DNA from: Octopus sinensis
Lineage: Eukaryota
Length of the DNA: 64,000 nucleotides
Direction of reading: 5' to 3'
Assembly: GCF_006345805.1 (NCBI RefSeq)
Contig: NC_042998.1
Coordinates: 117,614,001 to 117,678,000 of the forward strand
In this document: positions 23,995 to 36,076 of the stretch, in pieces
Numbering within the stretch: the first letter of the stretch is position 1
How the letters are laid out: every line of letters starts with the position of its first letter
The notes under the pieces: generated by a model
The model's input: only the letters and a program-made list of their open reading frames with translations
Database searches by the model: none
Told to the model about the DNA's origin: nothing
Position numbers and translations under genes: made by a program

Positions 23995-25011
23995 TTAATA
24001 TTTAGTGTGAAGCCCTTTAGCTTCAATCACACTCTGACATCTTCAACTGCATGAGGAAATTAAATTTTCAATTTCTTGCTGGGTGATCTTATTCCATTCT
24101 TCTTGAAGGGCATTCCATAATGGCTCAGTTGTTTTAGGATTTCTGGCTTTCGAAAGTTCTCCTAGAATATTCCATACACTTTCAATAGGATTGATATATG
24201 GGCTTTGAGCAGGCCAATCCATAACAATGACATTTTCAGCCTTGAGGAAGTTCATGACCACCTTAGCCTTGTGACATGCAGAATTGTCCTGCATGAATAT
24301 GGGTGGTCGCTTAGTTGAATTTCTCAGCACAGGCAAGACATGATCTTTTACAAGTTGTTTATAACCTCCTGCATTTACCTTTCCATGTAATCGCACCAAA
24401 GGACCCACACCATCTCCAGATATCATTCCCCAAACCATGACACTTCCTCCACCGAATTTAACACTAGTCCTAAGGCATTTAGGCGACAATTTTTCACCTA
24501 CATTTTTACGAACGTACCTTTTCCCATCTGAGCCAAATAACATAAACTTAGATGCATCACTGAAATGCACCGTTTGCCATTTTTCTTGAGACCACAACAC
24601 ATGTTCGGTTGCAAAGGTAAGACGACACTTTTTATTCTTGTAGCTGATCAGTGGCTTCACTGCAGGTGCTCTTGCTTGTAGGTCATGTTCAACTAAACGA
24701 CGAGACACAGTTTTTCGCGGTAAAGTTTTCTTCAATACAATGCTCATTTTCCCAGAAACAGCAGCAGCAGTTTTAAATCTGTCCTTTTTAACCAACTTTA
24801 CCATAGCACGATCTTCTCTCTTGGTCGTTTTCCTTGGCCTACCTGTAAACTTTCTTGCTTCACACGAACCACAATCATCGTAAACCTTAAGAATACCGTG
24901 TACAACACTTTTTGACTTGTTAACAATCTTTGCAATAGATCCAATACTTAAATTATCCTTCCTTCGAAGCTTAATAATCTGCTGACGAATTGGTAACGGA
25001 GTAAATGGCAT
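23995..25011 (-). pseudogene. Tc1 transposase with a single late nonsense codon
   Basis: Starts at ATG 25011 (MPFTPL). Contains paired-like HTH, GRPR, FSDASKF, QDNSACH and SPYINPIE, with 34 residues between D and E. TGA at 24043-45 is followed in frame by RCQSVIEAKGLHTKY* ending at 23995. Confidence 0.95.
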
Positions 25012-25349
25012 TATATTAACAAAGTACACTGCAAATATTCTTACTAATGTTTAGTAAACGAACCGTCACGTAAAGAAATTCAAAACATTAGAGTTCGCCG
25101 GTTAAATATACTAAAACACAGAGTAAAAGCAACCGTTCTGATATTTTGGCCGCCATATATTTTGCAGTAAACCGCTAAATCATCCATAACTTTTGTATTA
25201 TCCTCTCACATTACACCAAAATATCAGGCAATAACACATAATATCATATTTATTGTCTGTGAAAATTATAGAAAACAAAACAACTTTGATAAAAAATTAT
25301 ATCTACTTTTCTGACGAAAACAATGCCGTTCTGAACATTTTGGCCGCCA

Positions 25350-25352
<3 letters not shown>
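23995..25352 (-). mobile_element. Tc1 (DD34E) element with IR/DR-type 5' end; other TIR not found
   Basis: The terminus is CAGTGGCGGCCAAAATGTTCAGAACGG followed by TA (25353-54). The inner direct repeat at 25133-55 matches the outer one at 25326-49. No matching TIR lies near 23.9 kb. Confidence 0.95.
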
Positions 25353-25419
<67 letters not shown>

Positions 25420-25468
25420 ACATACATACATACATATACATAGACATATACATATACATATCCATTAC

Positions 25469-25500
<32 letters not shown>

Positions 25501-27370
25501 ATACATATAATGTATATGTGTGATACCCTTAGCAAACGATTTCCGTCTCAGAAGAATATAGAATTATATATACACACACACGCACAATTATGGTTATGTG
25601 AGTGTGTGTGTGCATTTGTATTTCTGTCCGTGCGTGCTTTCATGCACCACGACCCTATATAGGAGTACCTCTGAAGGTGTATACCGTCGTATTCAGGTTT
25701 CTAAGAAATAATCCACATTACTTTGGATATAATGTTGCCTTTATGTATACATATATGCTTTGTGTGCGTGCGTGTGTGTGTTTGCATATAAGAGCAGATA
25801 TTACATGTGCAGTTAAAGTGTTCAAAGTCGTGAGGTTATGTGTACCTTTTGAGCTATTTTTTCTGAGTTTCCTTTATGTCTTGTAGGAAAATTATTCTAC
25901 GCAATATGTCTGCTGTTGCTAGTTGTGCTACTTCTTTATGATCTCTTTGCGTTGAATTGCAACTTCAACGCTGTAACATATATCAACGGTACTATCGCTG
26001 CCCCTTCCAAACTGACTACTTCCGCAACTCATACATCCACTGATGTTATTAGCAATATTAACTCCGCTAACAAAAATATGCATGTTCTTTGTGTGTTTGT
26101 CTGTGTGAATTGTTGTGTATGAGTGATATAAATCATTTGAACTGTCTCCACTCCTTTGTCATCTACGTTTTTAGTGACCCCCCACTAGTATCAACTTTTC
26201 CTAGTGTTCACAGACTTCTGACATTTTGTCTCGTTTTCTCTCTTATAATTTTTCTCACATTTAGTATTAGAGTTTTGTCCTTGTTTATCTGTTTCAAGTC
26301 AATTTTGTCAAAATTCTGCACATACATATTTAACACGTGAATCACTAATCCTGCTATCCTGTATGCCATACGACTATCGTTTTTTCGCACATGCATAGAT
26401 TCTCTCCCTTCCTCGTAGACACACAGTATTACTCCTATGAAGCGATAACACATTTGCCAAAACACAACGCATATTAATCTAGGCCATCGCTTCTAAGCTT
26501 TTTGGCTAAGATCAAAGTGTAATATTATCTTATTCCATTATACTTCTACACTTACAAACCTCTGCATATATATACGGAATACATTAAAAAGCGCATAGTC
26601 ACTCTTTTATTATGCCTCCTTCCAGATACAGTCGCACATTTATGTCTGCATTCACATATCCGCCCTTTCCACCCTTCTTAACGCATTCGCTAAAACAACA
26701 TTTTAACATTCTGCTGTTTTATTTTTCTATTTGATTCCTACACTTCCTCACTATTTTTATGTCTCTTTTATCCTACTGACGAAAGGCGAACTTCCGAAGC
26801 TTTACGGGTCTTTCTGTTTCCAATGCAACAAAAATCTCCGACTATATTTGTTAAAGCTCATTTCTTCATTCTTAGAATATCTTGTTATTCATTGTACACA
26901 AACACACAAATATATATATATACAAATATGAATTTAGGCATCAACTACGAAATTAGATGCAACGATTTATATACCAAGGTCAGTCGTAACCAACATTCCT
27001 TTCAAATAAATCTATTAATAAATTACACAAAATCGAATATTTCAACAATATGATTTAAGAAATTAATATAGTTCATGGACCTAATTAATAATTAAAATCA
27101 TATAAAATTCTGCTAACTTCATGCCCCCAGATCATTTTAAAATTCCTTCTTAACTTTAGAAAATCATACCTATGATTATATGTGTTCTTCTTTTCAGACA
27201 TAATCTTGGATTACATTTTTTAAATGTAGCCATCTTTTAAATGCTTACACGTAGTCTTTATTTTGTGATAGAAATAGTTTCTACAGGTCTATATTTAAGA
27301 AATGAGGAATTGGGAACATTGTTTACATTATTTACAATTGACGGATATTTGTCGAAATCTTGCTTGTTGT

Positions 27371-27417
27371 TAACACAACGTTTCGGCTGATACACCGTCC
27401 AGTCTTCATCAGGTGTC
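27371..27417 (-). ncRNA. Minimal hammerhead (GAAACGUU type) in a LINE 3'-UTR fragment
   Basis: The minus strand reads GACAC-CTGATGA-A-GACTG..CAGCC-GAAA-CG-TT-GTGTT. The surrounding 27320-27427 matches 29162-29268 in inverted orientation. Confidence 0.75.
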
Positions 27418-27433
27418 TTGGGGAAATGCCCGT

Positions 27434-27510
27434 GGGCATATGGCGTAGTGATTAAGAGCGCGGGCTACTAAGTCCAAGATTCCGAGTTTGATTCCAGGCA
27501 GTGACGTGAA
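27434..27510 (+). mobile_element. Short tRNA-like SINE directly followed by an (AAT)n tail
   Basis: A box TGGCGTAGTGATT at 27441 and B box GTTTGATTCC at 27486-95. The acceptor stem does not form, so it is not a true tRNA. Confidence 0.75.
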
Positions 27511-27536
27511 TAATGATGATGATGAGGATGATGATG

Positions 27537-27612
<76 letters not shown>

Positions 27613-27634
27613 TAACAATAACAATAACAATAAC

Positions 27635-27665
<31 letters not shown>
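27509..27665. repeat. (GAT)n/(AAT)n microsatellite
   Basis: Directly visible. Confidence 0.98.
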
Positions 27666-27995
27666 GAGCATCATAGCCATGTGTTGAGAGGGATTCTTTT
27701 GGGTTTGAATAGGTCACCTCTGGAAACATGGGTAGTTCTTTCAACATCCTTAAACAACCCTTATTCAGGGACCTTTTGAGCGGGATGGGCTACTCAACCT
27801 GAAGAAAATTCTAACTGGGCCCCACCTGCAAGGTCTTGCGCTGTTTATCTTGATATGAGATCACCATGTCGCGCACATATGGTTGTGATGCATGTGCCTG
27901 GTGTACCCTTATCAGACGGGTAGTCATGATGAGTATATTGGGCTTCGTACATTTTTCCCTGTGTCACTTTGATGGCATGAACTGCTCTCTCACTC
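27666..27995 (+). mobile_element. Second copy (3' 330 bp) of the (AAT)n-tailed retroposon
   Basis: Reverse-complement match to 11545-11875; it ends CTCTCACTC-AATAATAAT. Confidence 0.85.
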
Positions 27996-28019
27996 AATAA
28001 TAATAATAATAATAATAAC

Positions 28020-29277
28020 ATTCTCAGTAACAAAACAGGCAAAGGAATATCTAAGTGAATTCCAAATACAAAAAATTCCGGAATTAGACATATGAGAAAC
28101 AAGCGCAGAAAAAGCTAAGCTCTTGAAAACCGGTGCTAAAACTGCTGCCTTAGATATTCTGACCGATAAATGGCAAGAAAAACCTCTCAATAGCAAATAC
28201 CCAAAGAGAACGAATAATGCCGATGTTGACAAAGTACTTACCCATCAATAGCTAATGGCCTTTGGGAAAAATCTGAAACAGAAGGGTTTATCATAGCAGC
28301 TGAACATCAATGCCTACCTACAAGAAACTACCAAGCCAACATATTAAAGAACGGCAGTAGCCCAACATATCGTGTATGTCAATAACAAAATGAAACCATT
28401 GATAATGTTGTCTATAAATGCAGTCGTCTCGCGCCTACAGAGTATCTCAACAGGCATGATAGAGCTGCACAATATATTCAGTGGGTAATTTTCAAAAGAC
28501 TAGACTTACCCTATGGTAAAAACTAGTGGGAACACAAACCACCTCCAGTGCTTGAAAATAATCACATCTTACTCGTCTGGAACTTCACCAATCAAACTGA
28601 CAGAAAGATAGATGCAAATAGGCCAGACATCATATTGAAAGACTTCAGACAAAAATCATGCCTCCTCATTGATATGACAGTCCCAATCGATAAATACCTA
28701 TCTGTTAAGTTCTACCAAAAACTGAGCAAGTATAACGATCTTGAAATAGAAATTAGCAAAATGTGGAATCTGAAGACTAAAACAATACCTGTTGTCATAG
28801 GTGCCCTGGAAATGATAACAAAAGAAGCTAATTTTTTTCTAGCTCAGATACCAGGAAACCCCAAAATGGCTCAAATTTAAAAGATAGTGCTGATGGGAAC
28901 TGTCCATATCCTACGCAAAATACTTTCTATGTAATCTCAAGTTTTAAAACAAACACAATTTTCTTATGTTTTTTTAAACATTCTCTAGAACAAGACTATG
29001 TACAAACCAAATATTTGACACCCTAGGCATAAACCCAAGAGGAACTTCCGAATTGTTGTCTCTTGAGGTCTCTGGGGAAGACTTGTAGCCAACTTGTATA
29101 AATGTAAAGCAAAAGTCAAACATAAAATAAAATATCTTAGGAATGAGAACCCAGGTTCGAAATTTCCCCAAGGCACCTGATGAAGCCTGGGGTGTATAAA
29201 AGCCGCAACGTTGTGTTAGCAACAAACAAGATGAGGACAAATATCCGTCAAAGTTAAATAATGTAAATAAATAAATA
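28020..29277 (+). mobile_element. 5'-truncated R4/Dong-type RLE LINE with a long 3' UTR
   Basis: WQEKPL, ETEGFIIAAEHQCLPTRNYQ, RHDRAAQYIQW, ILLVWNFTNQTDRKIDANRPDIILKD, QKLSKYNDLEIEI, VVIGALEM. The stop is at ~28933 and the UTR runs to an AAATAAATAAAT tail. Confidence 0.92.
29172..29216 (+). ncRNA. Minimal hammerhead in the LINE 3' UTR (A13 to C mutation)
   Basis: GGCAC-CTGATGA-A-GCCTG..AAGCC-GCAA-CG-TT-GTGTT; homologous to the copy at 27371-27417. Confidence 0.65.
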
Positions 29278-29971
29278 GTTTCTCTATGTATCTTGTCGAA
29301 CAAGAGAATAGCGGCTTCGTCCCAAAATGTGCTGTTTTGTGGATGGGTACCAACTGGCTGAGAGACCGAAAATCTCATATAGAGACAATTTAAGGAAATC
29401 CATAAATAAATTTCGAAAACAAAGTATTTTCTATACTCAACATTCATATACAGAGCTCACTGTGACCCAGCCAGGTTAGAAAGCAGTTTAACATGTTTGG
29501 GTCACTGTATGAATTGGCTAAACATCCATTACTTATCAACGTTGAATTTCCTTTGATTTATTGAAAATGGTATTTTTAATCTTGTTGAGCGTCATTCTGC
29601 TTCAGTGGATTTGATGCAACATTGCTTTATGTCTATAGTTAGATGTCTGAACTTGTGTTTTAAATATACGAAAATGGTTGTCTATTTGATTATTCCACTA
29701 CATATCGTGCAACTATGTATCCATTTCGGTTGAATTGTTAAATGTTTTTGTTATTTGCTAAATAAGTGGTTTATTTCTCAGCTTTTCATCTGATTGAGAA
29801 ACACGATAAAGACAGAGAGTAAGTAGGATAGAGAACTTCGAATCTTAAACTAAGTATTTCTATTGAAAACCTGAGATTTAGTTTTAACATGCACAATACC
29901 ACAACTTATGACATGTGAACTCCATTTCTGTTTCTATATTATAACATTAAAAGACAGCTGTTGATCTACTT

Positions 29972-30002
<31 letters not shown>

Positions 30003-31959
30003 TATATATAATATATAATATATATATATATATATTATATATATATATATATATAATATATAATATATATATACATATAGTATCATATATATATATATAT
30101 ATATTAATGACTCAGGTTAGGACGCTTACATGAAATATAGCTACATCAAAAGCATTAGTATCAACAAAAGATAATATAATAACAGCACTTTCCTGCATGA
30201 ATTATCAATGGTTGAAATGAAATAGAAACGTAATGAATTCTAACGTCTTCAACAGGAGAATCAATTTCTGTTAAATAAAAAAAAAACGTTCGAAAGAAGC
30301 ACGTTGAAACAGAACTATAGCATCAAATATATCAATTCATTTAATGTTTATATTAGTCTTTCATACAAAGCAACTCATACTAGACTTCACAGAACTATAA
30401 CTAAGATATTGGAGTTTTCTGGTAACTCATACGTTATTCATCCTAGTTAAATCAAAAGGGGAATTGGGGGTGGGTGGTCAACAGTGTTATATAAATACCC
30501 GTAGAAATTATAATTGCCCCAATATTCTTATAATGACAATTCAAAGCAACGCGAGGATCTTGGCATATTCTCTCAAACAGCCTGCAAAAATAACAGTCAA
30601 TTTGCCCTCAAATTATAGTGTACTATTTGAAAATGCAATGAAAGTATCATTAGATGGGTATTTGTTGATTGCTGCATTAATTAATCGAACATTTTTGTGT
30701 AAGTACCAACCGAAAATTGACTGGGGAACAGTGGTAGGTAAGGTCTTGGAAGCACGTAACTCGGCGTTGCTAATAGCTTTTAGGAACTTAGTATATATTA
30801 GCAGGCAAAAACATTGCTGTCAACTTTTGCTTCTCCCAAAATAATCTATTTAAGTGCAAGGGTGTTGCTCCGATTCGAGGTTAATACTGTATATTTGAGG
30901 TAATTAAAATCATAAAACTTTCTCAAAGGAAAAACGAACCGTCTATTGCAAGAATCGAATTGCAATTCCGACGCACTGGTCACTGTGACTCGCTCATTCA
31001 GAAAAATCCAGACTCATAAAGAGAGTGGAGGAGGAGAAAAGAGATAGATTGACAGTGTTGTGAGAGCGAAACAGATAGGGAAAGATATTGAACGAGAGAA
31101 TTAGTGTGAGAATTACCTCATGTAGAAAATGCCAGGTAGAAGTGCAGCGTTATGAATACGCAATAATTAATAGTTTTTGTGTAAACATCATCTATATATT
31201 TCAAAGTTAGTTGTAATTAAGCAGCCTCGGACAAAATACTATTCATCCATAATCAATATATCAAAGCAACATGCACATTCTCATCAGCAGTTATTGGTAT
31301 GTTTACATATTTAATTTTACAGTCTACTGAATATTGAAATCCATTTGCAGATATAATTACTATACACGTAAGTATTTGCAGTAAACGTTAAGATAATTAG
31401 ACTTCATATACGTAGATTGTAACTACTCACTATAGAAACTCATATTTCATAACCATTATCCTTTTACACTTATCTGCTCTTGTTGTAGTTCTAGAGGTAT
31501 AATCAGGAGGATTACATAACGCATCAATTATAACATGCACGAAATTGCTGTCAGCAAAATGAAATATAAGGTACAAATGCTAAATATCTACCCATTTATT
31601 AATCGATCTATCATTACATACAGAGACACTTATACACATACATGTACAAATACATATATATATCTATTACACACTAACACACACAACTGTATATATGTTT
31701 ATATATATAAAAGTTAAATAATGAGGGTAGAAATTAATATTATTTATTACTATGAATATGAATCAGTGGCCTAGCATAATTATAATGCGTCCGAAGACAG
31801 TAATGTATGTATATATATATATATATAATATATATTATATAGAGGGTACTATTATTCATAGGTACCGCACGCTAGGAGGGACTATTGCAGTCAAAACTAC
31901 TAAAATAAACAAATTGTACCGAATGCAAAACTTCAAAGCAAGTCATTTAAAAACAGAAT

Positions 31960-32029
31960 TTCGTTACATATCACCTTTGATTTCGCAATCAATGCAGAAT
32001 ATGCATTCTATGCTCTTCAGTGCAACGAA
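31960..32029 (-). ncRNA. Type I hammerhead ribozyme (left arm, minus strand)
   Basis: Stem I TTCGTTGCA/TGTAACGAA is 9 bp with one G-U. Core CTGAAGA, stem II GCA..TGC, GAAA, stem III ATC/GAT with AAAGGT loop. AUA site at position 31969. Confidence 0.85.
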
Positions 32030-32134
32030 CTCAAGACATGTAAGAAAAACACAATATAGCATACCCGACAGTCAATTCTACGGTTGACTGTCGGGTATGC
32101 TATATTGTGTTTTTTCCTTACATGTCTTGAGTTC

Positions 32135-32198
32135 GTTGCACTGAAGAGCATAGAATGCATATTCTGCATTGATTGCGAAATCAAAGGTGATATGTAAC
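32135..32198 (+). ncRNA. Type I hammerhead ribozyme (right arm, plus strand)
   Basis: Stem I GTTGCA/TGTAAC. CTGAAGA at 32141-47. Stem II 32148-76 is closed by G-C and has an inner AGAAT/ATTCT hairpin. GAAA at 32177-80. Stem III ATC/GAT. AUA site after 32192. Confidence 0.85.
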
Positions 32199-32415
32199 TA
32201 AATTCTGTTTTTAAATGACTTGCTTTGAAGTTTTGCATTCGGTACAATTTATTTATTTTAGTAGTTTTGATTGCAAGAGTCCCTCCTAGCGTGCGGTACC
32301 TATGAATAATAGTACCCTCTATATAACATAAATAAATATTTTCAAAGTGGAAAAATTAACAGATTTTTTCACGCTAACTACTGATAATTTCTTATAAAGA
32401 TTTTATCCTTAATTT

Positions 32416-32493
<78 letters not shown>

Positions 32494-32665
32494 GTGTGTG
32501 TGTGTGTGTGTGTATATGTATATATATACATCCTGATATATGACCTACGTTGGACTCCTTATTCGCATAATCATCAAACCTAGAGCTTAACCATGGTCTA
32601 TCCATTGCACTTACTCAGCATTACCTCACACTTTTGGGTCTTATTGACACCATTACCTCTCATTA

Positions 32666-32700
<35 letters not shown>

Positions 32701-33021
32701 AGACGGAAGTGACCGAAAGGATTGGAACTTGCAGTAAGAAGATCAAGTAACGAGGACGGTCTGGCGTTTCGCCAATGTCACTACAAAATAGACTAGAAAT
32801 TGGGCATGTCAGATGCACAGATTTCATCCTCAATGAGTGAAGGACATAGCATCTAGTCGATTTAGATAGGACAATGCTAATAAGTTACAATGTGCGATAT
32901 GAATGTGTATGCATCAGTGTCTATCCACATTCGTGTGTATGTATTTGCATGTATGTAAATGTCTGTTAGTATGTACATATATGTATATATCTAGTTATCT
33001 ATATATCTGTTTATGTATGTA

Positions 33022-34298
33022 CGAGGGGTGTATGAAAAGTTTCGATCCTAACTTGGGTAGCTGAAACAATTTTTCTGGTGTGTACAGTCTTTTCGGAGTA
33101 TTGCTCATTTTCACGATTCCGATATTTTAATTTTTGTTGTTACAGATTTTTGAATAAACAAGTGCCGAGGTTACAAGGAAAATGGAGAAAACTGAGTATC
33201 GTGCTGTCATAAAGTACCTTCATTTGAAAGGCATGACTGCATCAGAAATCAATGAAGATACGGTGATAACCTTAACAGACAATGCTCCTTTATATATCCA
33301 ACAGTCAAACGCTGGGTAAATGACTCCCAGCGTGGTAGGGAGAGTGTGGAAGATGATCCACACCAGGGAGGCCTGCAACTACAACCACCGAGGACAACAT
33401 TGACCTTGCTCTTGGTATGATAATGCAAGATCGCCGAATATCATGTCGCCAGGTAGCGAGAGACTGGACATCTCAAATGAAAGAGCAGACAACATTGTGA
33501 CAAAAGAACTCAAAAGTTTCTGCAAGGTGGCTCCCTCGCCTTTTGACTCCTGAACAGAAACGCACCAGGTGCACTTTGTCCACGAGAAACTTGGAACTGT
33601 TTGAAGCCGATGAAGAGAATTTTCTTGCTCGTTTTATTACTATGGACAAAAGTTAGGTTCATCACTACCAGCCTGAAACCAAAGAACAATCAAAGTAGTG
33701 GAAGCATACATCTTCACCTAACCCAAAAAGGCCAGGTCATTCCTTCAGCTGGCAAGGTCATGGCGTCAGTTTTTTGAGATTTTCAAGGTTCTTGCTGATC
33801 GATTACCTTGAAAATGGTCACACCGTGACAGTGTTGTATTATTCTCAGCTACTGTAATGCCTCCAGGAAGCAATCAAAGGAAAAAGGCCAGGAATGCTCA
33901 CCAGAGGAGTCGTTTTTCATCCCGACAAAGCTCCAGCCCACGCCGCAGTGGTTGCCACGGCAACAATTCGTGATTGTGGCTACGAGCTTGTTCGCCACCA
34001 GCCTTATTCGCCAGACTTATCCCCCTCTGACTTTCATCTATTCCCGAAAATGAAAAAAAGCCTTGGCTGGTTGCCATTTTGCCTCTGAGAATGACGCCAG
34101 AGACACTGTAGGAAGTTTCTTAGAGTCTCAAACAAAAGAGTTCCTCTATGCCGGGAAAATGGCACTTCAGCACAGCTGGAGAAAGTGTTCAGACATCAAA
34201 AGGGATTATGTTGAAAAATAAATCATCCGAAGTCTTGTACTACATTTTGTTTTGTTTGAATTTTTTAGGCTCAAGACTTTTAGAGATATACACACACA
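33022..34298 (+). mobile_element. mariner element, full length, multiply disrupted
   Basis: The left end is TA-CGAGGGGTGTATGAAAAGTTT and the right TIR is degenerate. Motifs MEKTEYRAVIKYLHLKG (ATG 33182), WLPRLLT, VHHYQPETK, FHPDKAPAH, YSPDLSPSDFHLFP. Confidence 0.93.
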
Positions 34299-34319
34299 TA
34301 TGTATGTATGTGCTGATGC

Positions 34320-34632
34320 TGAGACCCCCTTCGATAATGACTGAATAGGATTGCACCTAGAAAGTTACTCTCCCAAGCACAAGATGTTTATGGAAGATCA
34401 GCAGTCACCCGTGCAAACCGGCCTTTCCCTGTCCACGCCACCAGTGTTATCCAAGGGAAAGGCTGCTTGGCACCTATGACGTCACAACTCATTTATACAG
34501 CTGAGTGAACTGGAGCAACGTCAAATAAAGCGTCCTGCTCAAGAACACAACACGCAGCCCGGTCCGGGATTCGAACTCAGAACCTCACGATCGTATGCCC
34601 GATGCTCTAACCACAGAGCCATTTGCCTTCAC
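34320..34632 (-). mobile_element. tRNA-derived SINE (third family)
   Basis: The minus strand has TGGCTCTGTGGTTAGAGC (A box) and GTTCGAATCC (B box), then GTGTTCTTGAGCAGG. Related copy at 46000-46226. Confidence 0.85.
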
Positions 34633-35419
34633 TGTATGTATATATACATAAATATATATATATATATACATGTGTGTGTGTGTGTATGTATGTATGTATA
34701 TATATATATTACGCCATTTAGGCTCAACTCTCCTCCCCTCTTCATCTAACCTCCTCCCCAACTCCTACTTCTCTTCACCCCTACTCTCTTTCTCTCTTTC
34801 TCTCCCCTCTTTCTCTCTTCTCTCTTACTCTTGCATACTCTATTTCTCTCTTCTCTCCTACTCTTTCACCCTCTATTTCTCTCTTCTCTCCTCCTCTCTC
34901 TCCTCACATACTCACCTTCCCCTCCCCCATAAGCCCACCCATCCCTACACATTACTACTCCACTATTCCCATCCTTTCCATCCACGCATCCTGTTCCACA
35001 CACCCTCGCCCACATACCCCACCCTCTGCCTAACTATAAACCCCAGCTCTACATCAACCCTCAGCCGAACCCACACCCAACCCGTGCTTTCCCCACTCTC
35101 ACCTCCCCCACCTCTGAACAACATCACACCACACTAGACCATACAACATTACACATCACATCACAACACACCACCCACACACACATTCCCACATTTTCAC
35201 ACCTACACATACATACACGCACACGTCCAGACCACCAGCCCTCTTTCATAGGCACTTACATACTCTCATATACACACACGCACCTTCGTGTTGGGGGTCA
35301 TCTTTACTTTCTTATCTCCCCTACTTTCCTTCTCGTGTGTGACCCTTCTGTCCGATAGATCGTTAGCCACTACACACATTTTTTCTTTCCTTGTTTCTCT
35401 CCATGTTTTTTCTGTGTTC

Positions 35420-35455
35420 CTTTCTGTAGAAGAGCGTAGGCTCAAAACGTAAAAG
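35420..35455 (+). ncRNA. Minimal hammerhead-like motif with non-canonical core
   Basis: CTTT-CTGTAGA-A-GAGC-GTAG-GCTC-AAAA-CG-TA-AAAG. Stems I and II pair; position 6 is U and G12 is changed to A. Confidence 0.55.
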
Positions 35456-35543
35456 ACTTTCTACTCCTGAGCGTTATATTAATACATCTGTTTTTTTGTA
35501 CACCACCTGTCTTCCTCTTTCGTTTGTTTTCGTAAATCCTCCC

Positions 35544-35595
<52 letters not shown>

Positions 35596-35726
35596 TGTGT
35601 GTGTGTGTATGTATATATATATTTGATAGAAACGGAAAATTGAATATACCCAAGATTTAAATATTGACTTATATATATACACGTATATACATAGGTACAC
35701 ACACACATATATGTTTGTATATATAT

Positions 35727-35790
<64 letters not shown>

Positions 35791-36076
35791 ACATATATGT
35801 ACGTATGTATGTATGTATGCTTATATAAGTTAATATTTAAGTGTTGAGTATGTTCCATCTTCCGCGTTTCTAACACCCTAGTCATATTTCATGAGGGTTA
35901 TAATTTTCGTTTTTGATGATACATTGCGAACTGTTGTTTACATTAATTATTTGTATGTGTTTGTGTTTGTGTGTCTGTGTGCATCTGCATGCAACTATGA
36001 GTGTGTGTGTGTGTGTGTCTGTGTGTGTGTGTATGTGTGTGTGTGTGTGTCTGTGTGTGTGTGTGTTTGTGTGTGT

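Larger units (their letters stand above)
31835..32326. repeat. Fold-back palindrome, 241/243-bp arms, 8-nt loop
   Basis: 31835-32075 is the reverse complement of 32084-32326, with about 4 substitutions and a 2-nt indel. The loop is TTCTACGG. Confidence 0.98.

Noticed and set aside
24980-25320. CTGACGA motifs inside the Tc1 element
   Set aside because: They lie in transposase coding or TIR sequence with no downstream GAAA or helices.
26770-26812. CTGACGA...GAAGCTTT possible minimal hammerhead
   Set aside because: It lacks A15.1, and stems I and II are poor; too weak to call.
27434-27510. Possible tRNA gene
   Set aside because: A and B boxes are present, but there is no acceptor stem and it runs into an (AAT)n tail, so it is treated as a SINE.
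30464-30844. 126-aa ORF
   Set aside because: It starts at TTG, has no recognisable motif or splice context, and has AT-rich non-coding composition.
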